Assembly: GCA_964417925.1 (NCBI GenBank)
Contig: CAYQJV010000006.1
Coordinates: 2,232 to 66,231, forward strand
Direction: 5' to 3'
Length of the DNA: 64,000 nt
From: an uncultured bacterium
GTDB lineage: Bacteria > Hydrothermota > Tepidihabitantia > B3-TA06 > CAYQJV01
Both the position numbers and the translations under genes were made by a program. How positions within the stretch are numbered: position 1 is the first letter of the stretch; each line of letters opens with the position of its first letter. The notes beneath the pieces are model-generated. The model saw only the letters and a program-made list of their open reading frames with translations, did no database searches and had not been told where the DNA came from. Positions 46,150 to 56,434 of this stretch are shown here, one piece after another.

Positions 46150-47700
46150 ATGGCAAGACTCTTTGAGTATCAAAGTAAAAAAATTTTAAAAGATGTTGGA
46201 ATAAAAATTCCAGCAGGAGATGTTGCAAATAGTCCTGAGCAGGCAGTGGAGATTGCAGAAAAAATAGGGTATCCTGTGGTTTTAAAAGTTCAAGTTTGGG
46301 AAAAAGAACGCAAGAAAAAAGGAGGAATTGAGTTTGCAGAAACTCCTGAAGAAGTAAAGGAAAAGGCAAAAAGTCTTTTAGGAAAACAATGGGAGGAGTT
46401 TACTGTAAAGGAAATTCTCGTTGAAAAGAAGATAGCTATCGCTCAGGAAATGTTTGCAGGAATAATCATTGATGATAGAGAAAAGAAACCTCTTCTTGTA
46501 TTCAGTCCTGTAGGAGGAACGGGTATTGAAGAAATAGCTAAAAAATATCCTGAAAAAATAGTTAAAACTCATATTGACCCGCTTGAAGGTTTTTACTCCT
46601 TCCAAGCAAGAGAACTATTGAGGAGAACAGGAATAAAGGGAAAAACTCTTTTAAAAGTTGCAAACACACTCGCCCTTCTTTATCGCGCAATGAAATCTTA
46701 TGATGCAAGGTCACTTGAAATAAATCCTCTTGTCTTAAGTGAAGATGGAGATGTAATTGCTCTTGATGCCCATATTGTAATTGATGACTATGCGGTTTAC
46801 AGACATCCTGAACTCGGAATAGAAATAGCAAGAGAATTTTCAAGACCTCCAACAGAACTTGAAAAGATAGCCTATGAGGTTGAAAAAAATGATTACAGAG
46901 GAACATTCTATTTCTTCCAGATGGTCACAAAAGTTCCGCCTGATAAAAAACACATAGGTTTCCATGGAGCAGGTGGTGGAGGTTCAATGATGTCAGCTGA
47001 TGCTGTTTTATCGGTTGGTTTCAAAATAGCAAATTTTACAGATACAAGTGGAAACCCTCCCTCATCAAAGGTTTACAGAGCTGCAAAAATAATCCTATCT
47101 CAACCAAACATCGTTGGATACTTTGCCTCAGGCTCAGGCCTTGCCTCTCAGGAACAGTTTCATTCTGCAAGAGGATTTGTTAAAGCATTCTTGGAAGAGG
47201 AAATTGATATTCCCGCGGTTTTAAGACTTGGAGGAAACTACGAAGAGGTAGCTATAGAGATACTATCAAAGTATCTCAAAAACTATAAAGTTGAAGGATA
47301 TGGAAAGGATGACTCGCCCCAGTTTTGTGCAGAAAGACTTAAAAAACTCGTTGAAGAAAACGGTTATAAAATGCATAAGGTCAAACCTCATAAAGAGTTT
47401 GTACCAAAAGGAGATGAATATAAAATAGAAACTTTAACCGGAACTATTTATATTGATCATAATGTATGTGCTCTCTGCGATAAAAAACCTTGTGTTTCTG
47501 CATGTAACTATGGAGTATTGAAGATTGAAAACGGAAAACCTGTTCTTGCGATACCCGCTGAGGATGCAAAAAAAGGAAAATGCGTGGAATGTCTTGCCTG
47601 TGAAATTGCATGCAGATTTGAAGGTAAAAATGCTCTGTATATTCATCTACCAATTCCAGGCCTTTCAGAATACAGAGAAAAGATAATAAAGGAGGTATAA
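46150..47700 (+). CDS. Succinyl-CoA synthetase beta-like subunit with C-terminal 4Fe-4S ferredoxin domain
   Basis: LFEYQSK, VLKVQV, LEINPL, ALDA, ANFTDTSGNP, RLGGN; CALC..PC..AC and CVECLACEIAC. Confidence 0.82.
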   Translation: MARLFEYQSKKILKDVGIKIPAGDVANSPEQAVEIAEKIGYPVVLKVQVWEKERKKKGGIEFAETPEEVKEKAKSLLGKQWEEFTVKEILVEKKIAIAQEMFAGIIIDDREKKPLLVFSPVGGTGIEEIAKKYPEKIVKTHIDPLEGFYSFQARELLRRTGIKGKTLLKVANTLALLYRAMKSYDARSLEINPLVLSEDGDVIALDAHIVIDDYAVYRHPELGIEIAREFSRPPTELEKIAYEVEKNDYRGTFYFFQMVTKVPPDKKHIGFHGAGGGGSMMSADAVLSVGFKIANFTDTSGNPPSSKVYRAAKIILSQPNIVGYFASGSGLASQEQFHSARGFVKAFLEEEIDIPAVLRLGGNYEEVAIEILSKYLKNYKVEGYGKDDSPQFCAERLKKLVEENGYKMHKVKPHKEFVPKGDEYKIETLTGTIYIDHNVCALCDKKPCVSACNYGVLKIENGKPVLAIPAEDAKKGKCVECLACEIACRFEGKNALYIHLPIPGLSEYREKIIKEV

Positions 47701-47702
47701 AA

Positions 47703-48593
47703 ATGGCAATTTTAATCAATGAAAACACAAAAGTTCTTGTCCAAGGAATAACTGGAAGGGAAGGTATGACAAGAACGAAATTAATGAAGGAGTATGGGAC
47801 AAAGGTAGTTGCAGGAGTAACTCCTGGAAAAGGAGGAACCGAAGTCTTTGGAGTCCCGGTGTTTGACACAGTTTATGAAGCCGTTGAGAAAGTCGGAGAA
47901 ATTGACGCATCGGTTGTGTTTGTTCCTGCTCCTTTAGTAAAAGAGGCTGCACTTGAAGCAATAGATGCAGGAGTAAAATTACTGCTTTTGGTACCCGATA
48001 GAGTTCCAATCCATGATGTCTTAGAAATTGCCTCCTTTGCAGAAAAGAAAAAAGCAAGATTTATAGGTCCAAATACCCTGGGTATCTTAAGCCCTGGAAA
48101 GGCAGTACTTGGAATGATAGGAGGAAGAGCATTAACTGCGAAAGAATGGTTCAAACCAGGACCTGTAGGAGTGACATCAAGAAGTGGGGGAATAACATCT
48201 GCGATGTCTTATTATATAACAAAGGCAGGATTTGGAGAATCAACCATAATCCATGTAGGAGGAGATGCAGTTGTTGGTCTTCCCCATCCAGAGGTATGCA
48301 AACTATTTGAAAAGGACCCTGAAACAAAAGTTATTGTAATGTTCGGCGAAATAGGAACAACCCAGGAGGAGCAGGTTGCAGAAATGATAAAAAAAGATGA
48401 ACTTACAAAACCTGTAATTGCATTTATTGGAGGAAAATCTGCCAAAAAAGGAACAAGATTCTCCCATGCAGGAGCAATTGTGGAAGGAGAAAGAGGTTCC
48501 TATGAAAGTAAGGTAAATGCATTAAAAGAGGCAGGAGCAATTGTCGTAGAAAACATAACAGAAATACCAGAAAAGGTAAAAGAAGTACTTTAA
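47703..48593 (+). CDS. sucD: Succinyl-CoA synthetase alpha-like subunit
   Basis: VQGITGREG, AGVTPGKGG, IGPN, SRSG, GEIG, RFSHAGA phospho-His motif. Confidence 0.8.
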   Translation: MAILINENTKVLVQGITGREGMTRTKLMKEYGTKVVAGVTPGKGGTEVFGVPVFDTVYEAVEKVGEIDASVVFVPAPLVKEAALEAIDAGVKLLLLVPDRVPIHDVLEIASFAEKKKARFIGPNTLGILSPGKAVLGMIGGRALTAKEWFKPGPVGVTSRSGGITSAMSYYITKAGFGESTIIHVGGDAVVGLPHPEVCKLFEKDPETKVIVMFGEIGTTQEEQVAEMIKKDELTKPVIAFIGGKSAKKGTRFSHAGAIVEGERGSYESKVNALKEAGAIVVENITEIPEKVKEVL

Positions 48594-48667
48594 ATCCATA
48601 AGGAGAAAAAATACAACTATTAAAAAGACAGGTTATTTATTCGCTAACATGTTAAGTTAACTTCTTG

Positions 48668-50797
48668 TTATCTCAAAACAATAAACTTCTTCACAATACC
48701 CTGGTTTTTAATTTTTGCAAAATATACTCCTGGACTCAGTTCTGCCATGTTTATCACATTTTCAAACTTTTTTATTCTTCTTCCACTAATGTCATATATC
48801 TCCACCTGTTCTCCTGTATCAAGTATTACTTTATCCTTCCTACTATAAAATGTAAGGAATAAGCTCTTTTCAAATTTATCCTTTTTCTCAGCAATACCTC
48901 CTGCTGCTGAATATGCCTTCACCCAACCCTTTACTACTACACTCAATTTTGGATTTGAATTATAAAAAACGATGTATACGTTTTTATCTGTTGGAACATC
49001 ATATTCTTTCTTCAATACAGTAAATCCTGTGTCCTTGTGTAGGTAATAGAATTTATATCCATTCCTAAACTTTAGAAGGTTTTCTGCATCCATGATATAA
49101 AAATACTCCAGTATTCCATTTTCAAACTTTTTTGCAAAGGTCTGACTTCCCCCATAGGTGTAATCTTCATAAGAAAAGGAAAGCCCATGCCCTATCTCAT
49201 AAGGTACTTCTACATCCACCTGTATTCTATACCCCTTTTCTCCTTCTTGTTTTTCATCTTTTGGAACAGAAACCGGAAGTTCCAGGGTTAATGTATCATA
49301 GTAGAAGAAATGAGTACCTGGTAAGGCTTCGGCAGAATCAATTACTTTCCCTTTTCCTAAGATATAGTAATTTTGTTGATCTCCAAGAATCGTTGTAAAC
49401 TCTCCATTTCTATCTGTAATACCAGAAAATCCTTTCCACAACATTGTGGTATACCATCCTTCACTTAGTAACTTAACAGTATAAGATGGATAGGGAACAC
49501 CATTTTTATCGAATACCTTCACTGTAAGAGTACACACATTTGAATATATATCCACACAACTCCACTGATAACCATCTCCTCTCCAGTTCCATACACACGA
49601 TACCTGCTTACTTCCTCCTCTATCCACATCATACGCAGTACCTGAATCTGCAACATGTGTTGACCCTCCTCCCAAATCTACCTGAAATTCATACCAGTTA
49701 CTGTCCAATGGCCAATATATTGCGTTCCATACATGATCTTCATTTATATCAAGAGTTCCAAGTATTGGTATAAGTACTGTTCTTCCTGCTGCCCAGGCAA
49801 GATCTTGTAATTCACCACAGTTTCCATTGTGTTCATAAGCTATAACATTTGGCTGAATTGGCCTATTCCCCCAAGCCTTTTCCGGTACTATCCTTGTTAT
49901 CCACCAACCAAGAGCATTTACCAAAGACATGGTATCAGAATACTCCCTATCACCTCGCCATACATGTTTAGTACCATCCCAGTAAACTTTTACATTTGCT
50001 ACCACATCTTTTAAAAGAGGATATGTACCTCCTGAAGTGTAATCATACTCTTCATCACTATAGTAAAGATATTCTCTCCAGAATTTATTGTACACAGAAG
50101 CATCCTTTCTAGGCATCTCATCGGTACCTTTGGGCATCACCACCCACCAGTAGTATATCTCCTTGGGAATCTCCACCCATACCGTATCTTGATTTTCATT
50201 GATAACTCTGTATTTGGTTGTGGAATAATAGGACGAATCGGTTTGAGGATCTCCATGGTCCACTATATCAACATATTTAAGGTCTTCATCTATTTCATAC
50301 AGATATTTTGCATTATCTATAATTACTTCAGGATCAATTACCGCCAGGACTTGAGGAGCAAGATGTGCAATTTGGAAATAAAGCTCATCAAGAATCCTTG
50401 GATCATTATTTTGCTGTATAATTTCTATACATTTTTCTGCTGCATCCCACCCCATGTTTATGAAATTCTCTATAAGATCATTCCTCAACCATACAGGAGC
50501 AGATTCTATTACTTCTTCTGCTCCCTCAGGAAGATTATAGGTAGGAGCCAATGTATCTTCAAGGGAAATTTTTACTGGATCAAACTTTATTACATAAAAG
50601 CTATCCGGAGGAAGCAGAATATCTATCCACAGAGAGTCCTGTGCACCCACGCAGTAAAACTCCTCCACTATTTTCCTTTTCTCTTTAGACTCAACATAGA
50701 AAGGAGCTTTATAGGTAGGCAATACTTTTTCATCCTTTATCACAGGCTCTGGAAAAACACTTATACTGTAAGCATATATAAACATCAGCAATGCCAT
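48668..50797 (-). CDS. Secreted transglutaminase-like protein with T9SS-type C-terminal domain
   Basis: GNCGELQDL, EDHVWN, FQVD (Cys-His-Asp triad); VEIYDISGRRI..PGVYFAKI..KKFIVLR. Confidence 0.7.
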   Translation of the reverse strand: MALLMFIYAYSISVFPEPVIKDEKVLPTYKAPFYVESKEKRKIVEEFYCVGAQDSLWIDILLPPDSFYVIKFDPVKISLEDTLAPTYNLPEGAEEVIESAPVWLRNDLIENFINMGWDAAEKCIEIIQQNNDPRILDELYFQIAHLAPQVLAVIDPEVIIDNAKYLYEIDEDLKYVDIVDHGDPQTDSSYYSTTKYRVINENQDTVWVEIPKEIYYWWVVMPKGTDEMPRKDASVYNKFWREYLYYSDEEYDYTSGGTYPLLKDVVANVKVYWDGTKHVWRGDREYSDTMSLVNALGWWITRIVPEKAWGNRPIQPNVIAYEHNGNCGELQDLAWAAGRTVLIPILGTLDINEDHVWNAIYWPLDSNWYEFQVDLGGGSTHVADSGTAYDVDRGGSKQVSCVWNWRGDGYQWSCVDIYSNVCTLTVKVFDKNGVPYPSYTVKLLSEGWYTTMLWKGFSGITDRNGEFTTILGDQQNYYILGKGKVIDSAEALPGTHFFYYDTLTLELPVSVPKDEKQEGEKGYRIQVDVEVPYEIGHGLSFSYEDYTYGGSQTFAKKFENGILEYFYIMDAENLLKFRNGYKFYYLHKDTGFTVLKKEYDVPTDKNVYIVFYNSNPKLSVVVKGWVKAYSAAGGIAEKKDKFEKSLFLTFYSRKDKVILDTGEQVEIYDISGRRIKKFENVINMAELSPGVYFAKIKNQGIVKKFIVLR

Positions 50798-51085
50798 ATC
50801 TTTATCACCTCCTTTCTTTAAGGATAAGATAGTTTACTACAATTTTTTAAAAAGTCAAGTTTTTTACCTTCTCTATCTTACGTAATTCTATGTGGATACA
50901 ATTAAAGTAACTCTTTTTCCCTCTCCCTTATGGGATTAGAAATGACTATTTCTAATTTTTGCCTTTCGAACACAGAGTAATCAATAGTATGACTTTCCTA
51001 TAATAAAAGCTTGTTTTTTTATTATTCTTCAAGTCACCTTTTCTTGACTTTCCATAGATAATGATTAAAATTACATAATCTGGAA

Positions 51086-51376
51086 ATGAGAAAAGGAAAA
51101 ACCTACAAAGTGGGAGATATTCTCCCTACTTTAATTAAAAAATTAAAATTGGGAAAAAAATTAAAAGAACATGAAGCTTTAAAATTATGGGAAGAAGTGG
51201 TAGGGAAAATGATATCAAAAAAAGCAAAAGCCTACCGGGTGGATAGAGGAGTACTTTTTGTCAGGGTAAACGATCCTATGTGGTTGCAGGAGTTATGTCT
51301 GAGAAAAAAAGAAATAATTGAAAAGATTAACGAAAAAATTGGTAAAGAGGTTATAAAAGACATTAACTTTTTCTGA
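51086..51376 (+). CDS. DUF721/DciA family protein
   Basis: WEEVVG, GVLFVRV..PMWLQEL; directly upstream of gyrB; promoter TTGACT-N16-TAAAAT at 51044-51071. Confidence 0.88.
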   Translation: MRKGKTYKVGDILPTLIKKLKLGKKLKEHEALKLWEEVVGKMISKKAKAYRVDRGVLFVRVNDPMWLQELCLRKKEIIEKINEKIGKEVIKDINFF

Positions 51377-51391
51377 AAGGAGATGCATAAT

Positions 51392-53275
51392 ATGGAAAAA
51401 TACGATGTCACAAAAATTCAAGTTCTCAAGGGACTTGAAGGAGTAAGGCGTAGGCCCGCAATGTACATTGGAGATACTGGAGTAAGGGGTCTACACCATT
51501 TGATTAATGAAGTCGTTGACAATGCAGTAGATGAGGCTCTTGCTGGATATTGTAAAACAATAAAAGTAGCTCTTATTTCAAAAAATAAAGTATCCATTGA
51601 AGATGACGGAAGGGGAATTCCAGCTGAAATCCATCCAGAACTTAAAAAATCAGGACTTGAGATAGTAATGACAACCCTACATTCAGGAGCAAAATTTGAG
51701 GATAAAGTATACAAAATTTCAGGAGGACTACACGGAGTAGGAGTGAGTGTTGTTAATGCACTGTCTGCTGAAATGGAAGTGGAGGTTAAGCGAAACGGTA
51801 AAATTTATTACCAAAGATATGAAAAAGGAAATCCAGTAACTCCTGTAGAGATTATCGGAGAAACTGAAAAAACAGGTACAAAAGTAACTTTCGTACCTGA
51901 CAAAGAGATATTCAAAAAAACTGAATTTAATCCAGAAACAATCAAAGCAAGATTAAGAGAAATAGCATTTTTAAATCCTCAACTTACTATAATATTTGAA
52001 GATAAAGTAAGAAATACTAAAGAGATTTTTCACTATCCAAGAGGGCTTGTTGACTTTATATCCTATCTGGATGAAGGGCGAATAAAATTACACAAACCCA
52101 TTTTTATAAAAGCTAAAAGAGGCGATATTGATGTAGAAGTTGCCTTAGAGTACAACGATAGTTACTTGGAAAACATAATTACATTTGTAAATACAATAAA
52201 TACTCATGAAGGGGGAACTCATCTTGTTGGTTTTAAAACTGCTTTGACAAAAATACTCAATGAATATGCTAAAAAAAATGTGAAGGGAGCTCCTGATCTT
52301 ATTGGAGAGGATGTAAGGGAAGGGCTCACTGCAATCATATCAGTTAAAATGCCTGACCCTCAGTTTGAAGGTCAAACAAAGACAAAGCTTGGAAACAGTG
52401 AAGTCAGAGGAATTGTTGAATCTGTAGTTCAAGAAGGCCTTACAAAATTCTTAGAGGAAAACCCAAGAGTCCTGGATATCATACTTAAAAAGGTAATAGC
52501 CGCTGCAAAATCAAGGGAGGCTGCAAAAAAAGCAAGGGAACTTGCAAGGAAAAAAGCAACTCTTGGAATAGACATCTTACCTGGAAAACTCGCTGACTGT
52601 ACCACAAATAATCCAGAGGAAGCAGAACTCTTTATAGTAGAGGGAGAATCAGCAGGGGGTTCTGCAAAACAGGGAAGAGATAGAAGATTCCAAGCAGTCC
52701 TTGCTCTCAAAGGAAAAATCTTAAATGTAGAAAAATCAAGTCTAAACAAGGTTCTATCAAATGAGGAAATAAAATCCATTATTGCATCAATTGGTGCAGG
52801 TGTGGGGGAAGATGAATTTGACCCTTCAAAGGTTAGGTACAGAAAAATAATCATTATGACAGATGCAGATGTAGATGGTTCTCATATAAGAACTTTACTT
52901 TTAACTCTTTTTTACCGATTGATGTACCAATTAATTGAACAGAAAATGGTATACATTGCTCAACCTCCTCTTTATCGTGTAAAATACAAAAAAGAGGTAA
53001 AGTATTTTCACACCGATGAAGAACTTGAAGAATTTTTAAAAAACCATCCAGAAAATGAAGTTGAAATCCAGAGATTTAAAGGACTTGGAGAAATGAATCC
53101 AGAGCAGTTATGGGAAACCACTATGAACCCAAAAACGAGAATTTTAAAACTTGTAACCCTTGAAGATGCTGCAATGGCGGATAAAATTTTCTCAATTTTG
53201 ATGGGTTCTGAGGTAGAACCCAGAAGAAAATTCATTGAAGAGAATGCAAAATTTGTTGTGAATTTAGATGTTTAG
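51392..53275 (+). CDS. gyrB: DNA gyrase subunit B
   Basis: RRPAMYIG, EVVDNAVDE, GGLHGVG, VEGESAGG, MTDADVDG, RFKGLGEMNP. Confidence 0.96.
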   Translation: MEKYDVTKIQVLKGLEGVRRRPAMYIGDTGVRGLHHLINEVVDNAVDEALAGYCKTIKVALISKNKVSIEDDGRGIPAEIHPELKKSGLEIVMTTLHSGAKFEDKVYKISGGLHGVGVSVVNALSAEMEVEVKRNGKIYYQRYEKGNPVTPVEIIGETEKTGTKVTFVPDKEIFKKTEFNPETIKARLREIAFLNPQLTIIFEDKVRNTKEIFHYPRGLVDFISYLDEGRIKLHKPIFIKAKRGDIDVEVALEYNDSYLENIITFVNTINTHEGGTHLVGFKTALTKILNEYAKKNVKGAPDLIGEDVREGLTAIISVKMPDPQFEGQTKTKLGNSEVRGIVESVVQEGLTKFLEENPRVLDIILKKVIAAAKSREAAKKARELARKKATLGIDILPGKLADCTTNNPEEAELFIVEGESAGGSAKQGRDRRFQAVLALKGKILNVEKSSLNKVLSNEEIKSIIASIGAGVGEDEFDPSKVRYRKIIIMTDADVDGSHIRTLLLTLFYRLMYQLIEQKMVYIAQPPLYRVKYKKEVKYFHTDEELEEFLKNHPENEVEIQRFKGLGEMNPEQLWETTMNPKTRILKLVTLEDAAMADKIFSILMGSEVEPRRKFIEENAKFVVNLDV

Positions 53276-53283
53276 GAGGTGCA

Positions 53284-54348
53284 ATGGATAGATACAGTCT
53301 TTTTAAAGAATTAACAGAAGCTTTTGGCCCTTCAGGATTTGAAGAAGAACCGAGAAGAATAATGAAAAGATACTTCACTGAACATGGGTATTCAGTATTT
53401 TATGATAGGCTTGGAAGCATAATAGGGGCAAAAGAAAAAGATTCACCTAGAATTCTTGTATGTGCGCATATGGATGAAATAGGATTCATGGTAAAGAATA
53501 TCACCAAAATTGGCAACAAAGGATACATAAGATTTCTCCCTGTAGGAGGATGGTGGGAAGGTGTGTTGTTAGGACAAAAGGTCAGAATAAAGACAAAGGA
53601 TAAAGAGTTTATAGGTATTATTGGGGCAAAACCTCCCCATGAGATGAAACCAGAAGAAAGAAAAAAAACAGTAGAACTAAAACATATGTTTATAGATATA
53701 GGAATAACAAAAGATAAAGGAGCAGAAGAACTGGGAATAAAACCTGGGGATCCTATTGTACCCTATGCTGAATTTAAACCACTTGAGAACAAAACTCTTT
53801 CTGCAAAGGCATGGGATGATAGAATGGGATGTTCTGCAATTATTGAAGCTTCATGGAGATTAAAAGACACACCGAATTCGGTATTTTTTTCTGGAACGGT
53901 GCAGGAAGAGGTAGGATTAAGAGGGGCAAGAACTGTAGCAAATCTTATAAAACCTGATATTGCCTTTGCAATAGATGTCTCTATAGCAAGGGATATACCA
54001 GGAGAAGAAGCAGAACAGGTTGAATATCTTGGAAACGGTATTGGAGTACTTATACATGACAGCACCATGATACCAAACCTCAAGTTAAGAGACTGGGTGA
54101 TAGAACTTTTTGAAAAGGAAGGAATAAAATACCACCTTACTTCTATAAGAGGAGGATACGACACAGGAGTAATTCATCTATCAAATATTGGAGTTCCTTC
54201 CCTTGCACTTGGAATTCCAACAAGATATATACATTCCCATGTATCTTTAATTCATGAAGATGATTATGAAAACCTTGTAAATGCTATTGTTATAATTCTG
54301 GAAAAACTTGACAAAGAGACTGTTTCAAAAATTTTAAGTTTTGAATAA
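53284..54348 (+). CDS. M42 family aminopeptidase
   Basis: AHMDEIG, KAWDDR, QEEVGLRGA, RYIHS. Confidence 0.93.
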   Translation: MDRYSLFKELTEAFGPSGFEEEPRRIMKRYFTEHGYSVFYDRLGSIIGAKEKDSPRILVCAHMDEIGFMVKNITKIGNKGYIRFLPVGGWWEGVLLGQKVRIKTKDKEFIGIIGAKPPHEMKPEERKKTVELKHMFIDIGITKDKGAEELGIKPGDPIVPYAEFKPLENKTLSAKAWDDRMGCSAIIEASWRLKDTPNSVFFSGTVQEEVGLRGARTVANLIKPDIAFAIDVSIARDIPGEEAEQVEYLGNGIGVLIHDSTMIPNLKLRDWVIELFEKEGIKYHLTSIRGGYDTGVIHLSNIGVPSLALGIPTRYIHSHVSLIHEDDYENLVNAIVIILEKLDKETVSKILSFE

Positions 54349-54359
54349 AAGGAGGAAAA

Positions 54360-56432
54360 ATGGCAAAAATAGAACCCAAAAACATAAGAAATATCGGATT
54401 CTTTGGACACGGTGGGTGTGGAAAAACCACTATAATTGATGGAATTCTTTACTTAACAGGTGAAAATACAAGAGTAGGTAGAGTTGACGATGGAACATCT
54501 CTAATGGACTTTGACCCTGAAGAAATTGAAAGAAAAACTACTATAAATCTTTCAGTATTTTCTTTAGTTAATTATAATGGTAAAATAATAAACATCGTAG
54601 ATACCCCTGGATATCTTGATTTTGTAGGAGAAGTTCTTTCTGGCATCAGAGCTATTGACGTGGGAGTTGTGGTGATCGATGCCACTTCAGGAGTAGAAGT
54701 AGGAACAGAACTGGTATGGAAATATCTTGAAGAAGAAGATAAGGCAAGGGCTATTTTTGTAAACAAGTTAAAAAAGGAAAATGCAGATTTTGATAGTGTG
54801 TACAAACAGATAGTTGATACCTTTGGACATAAAATATGCCCCATAACCATTCCTATAGGCCAGGGCCCAGAAATGCAAGGTTATGTAAACCTACTTACAC
54901 AAGAAGCCTTTAGGATAAAAGATGGGAAAGAAGAAAAAATGGAAATCCCTGAAGATATCAAGAAGAAAGTTGCTGAATTCAGAGAGAAAATAATAGAGTC
55001 CTTGTGTGAAGAAGATGAAAGCTTGATGGAGAAATATCTTGAAGGTATTGAAATAAAAGTTGAAGAAATAATTCCTACAATAGCAAAAGCAGTGGCCAAT
55101 AAAGCGATATTTCCGCTTTTTGCGGGTGATGGGTATGAACTTATAGGACTTACTGGATTTTTAAATTTTGTTGCAGAATATTTCCCTTCACCACTTGATG
55201 TGGGAGTAAAAGCCAGCACAAAGGAGGGAAATAAAAAAACTATCAAACCTGCAGAAGACAATCCTACAATAGGCTTTGTTTTTAAAACCTTCTCTGACCC
55301 TCATGTTGGAGAGATGCTCAATATAAGAGTACTTTCTGGTAAGATAATACCTGGAATGTCCATTAAGAATACCACAAAGGATGTAGAAGAAAAGATAAAC
55401 CAAATATTTGTATTAAGAGGAAGGGAAAGAAAAGAGGTAAGTGAACTGGTGACTGGAATGCTCGGGGTGCTTGTAAAGCTTAAATCTACAAAAACTTCTG
55501 ATACCCTGGCAACCGACGATACCCTTATACCACAGATAAAATTCCCTGAACCTTCAATCTCCGTTGCAGTAGTGCCGAAAACTAAAGGAGATGAAGAAAG
55601 AGTATCAAATGCTCTTGCAAGATTACATGAGGAAGATCCAACTTTCAAATACCACTACAATGTTGAATTTAAACAACAACTGATAGAGGGAATAGGAGAG
55701 CTTCACCTTGATGTAATTTTATCAAGGTTAAAAAGAAAATTCAATGTATCTGTGGATACAGAAAAACCAAAAATTGCATACCGAGAAACAATTACCAAAA
55801 AGGCAGAGGCCCAAGGAAAATACAAAAAACAGACCGGCGGAAGAGGCCAATACGGAGATGTATGGCTAAGATTAGAACCTTTACCAAGAGGAAAAGGGTT
55901 TGAATTCGAAGAGACCATATTTGGTGGAGCTATTCCTTCAAAATACTTCCCTTCAATTGAAAAAGGAATAAAGGAGGCAGCAGAAAAAGGGATCCTTGCA
56001 GGATATCCTGTAATAGATTTTAAAGCAACCCTTTATGATGGATCCCACCACCCGGTAGATTCTTCGGATATCGCCTTCAAAATAGCGGCCTCCATGGCAT
56101 TTAAAAACTGCGCGGAAAAAGCAAATCCTGTACTGCTTGAACCAATACTTGAGATAGAAGTGTTGGTCCCCGAAAAATTTATGGGAGATGTAATAGGAGA
56201 TTTAAACTCCAGAAGAGCAAAAATTTTGGGAATAGACACTGAAGGAAGGTTTCAAAAAATAAGAGCCTATGTTCCTGAAGCAGAAATGTATAAATATGCA
56301 ACAACCTTAAGGTCAATAACTCAAGGAAGAGGAATATTTAGAGCAAAATTCTCCCACTATGAAGAAGTACCCAAGGAAATAGCTCAGAAAATAATAGAAC
56401 AGGCAAAAAAGGAAAAAGAAAAGGAGGAATAA
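54360..56432 (+). CDS. fusA: Elongation factor G paralogue (EF-G2 / EF-G II type)
   Basis: GHGGCGKTT, DTPGYLDF, KKQTGGRGQYG, GSHHPVDSS; 690 aa. Confidence 0.92.
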   Translation: MAKIEPKNIRNIGFFGHGGCGKTTIIDGILYLTGENTRVGRVDDGTSLMDFDPEEIERKTTINLSVFSLVNYNGKIINIVDTPGYLDFVGEVLSGIRAIDVGVVVIDATSGVEVGTELVWKYLEEEDKARAIFVNKLKKENADFDSVYKQIVDTFGHKICPITIPIGQGPEMQGYVNLLTQEAFRIKDGKEEKMEIPEDIKKKVAEFREKIIESLCEEDESLMEKYLEGIEIKVEEIIPTIAKAVANKAIFPLFAGDGYELIGLTGFLNFVAEYFPSPLDVGVKASTKEGNKKTIKPAEDNPTIGFVFKTFSDPHVGEMLNIRVLSGKIIPGMSIKNTTKDVEEKINQIFVLRGRERKEVSELVTGMLGVLVKLKSTKTSDTLATDDTLIPQIKFPEPSISVAVVPKTKGDEERVSNALARLHEEDPTFKYHYNVEFKQQLIEGIGELHLDVILSRLKRKFNVSVDTEKPKIAYRETITKKAEAQGKYKKQTGGRGQYGDVWLRLEPLPRGKGFEFEETIFGGAIPSKYFPSIEKGIKEAAEKGILAGYPVIDFKATLYDGSHHPVDSSDIAFKIAASMAFKNCAEKANPVLLEPILEIEVLVPEKFMGDVIGDLNSRRAKILGIDTEGRFQKIRAYVPEAEMYKYATTLRSITQGRGIFRAKFSHYEEVPKEIAQKIIEQAKKEKEKEE

Positions 56433-56434
56433 AA

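Noticed and set aside
50900-51000. Short minus-strand open stretch and weak inverted similarity to ~48593-48612 flanking the transglutaminase gene
   Set aside because: About 30 codons with no convincing start; similarity too short and gapped to call terminal repeats
50798-51085. Possible oriC upstream of dciA-gyrB
   Set aside because: Only one imperfect DnaA box (TGTGGATAC at 50891); no dnaA, dnaN or recF nearby
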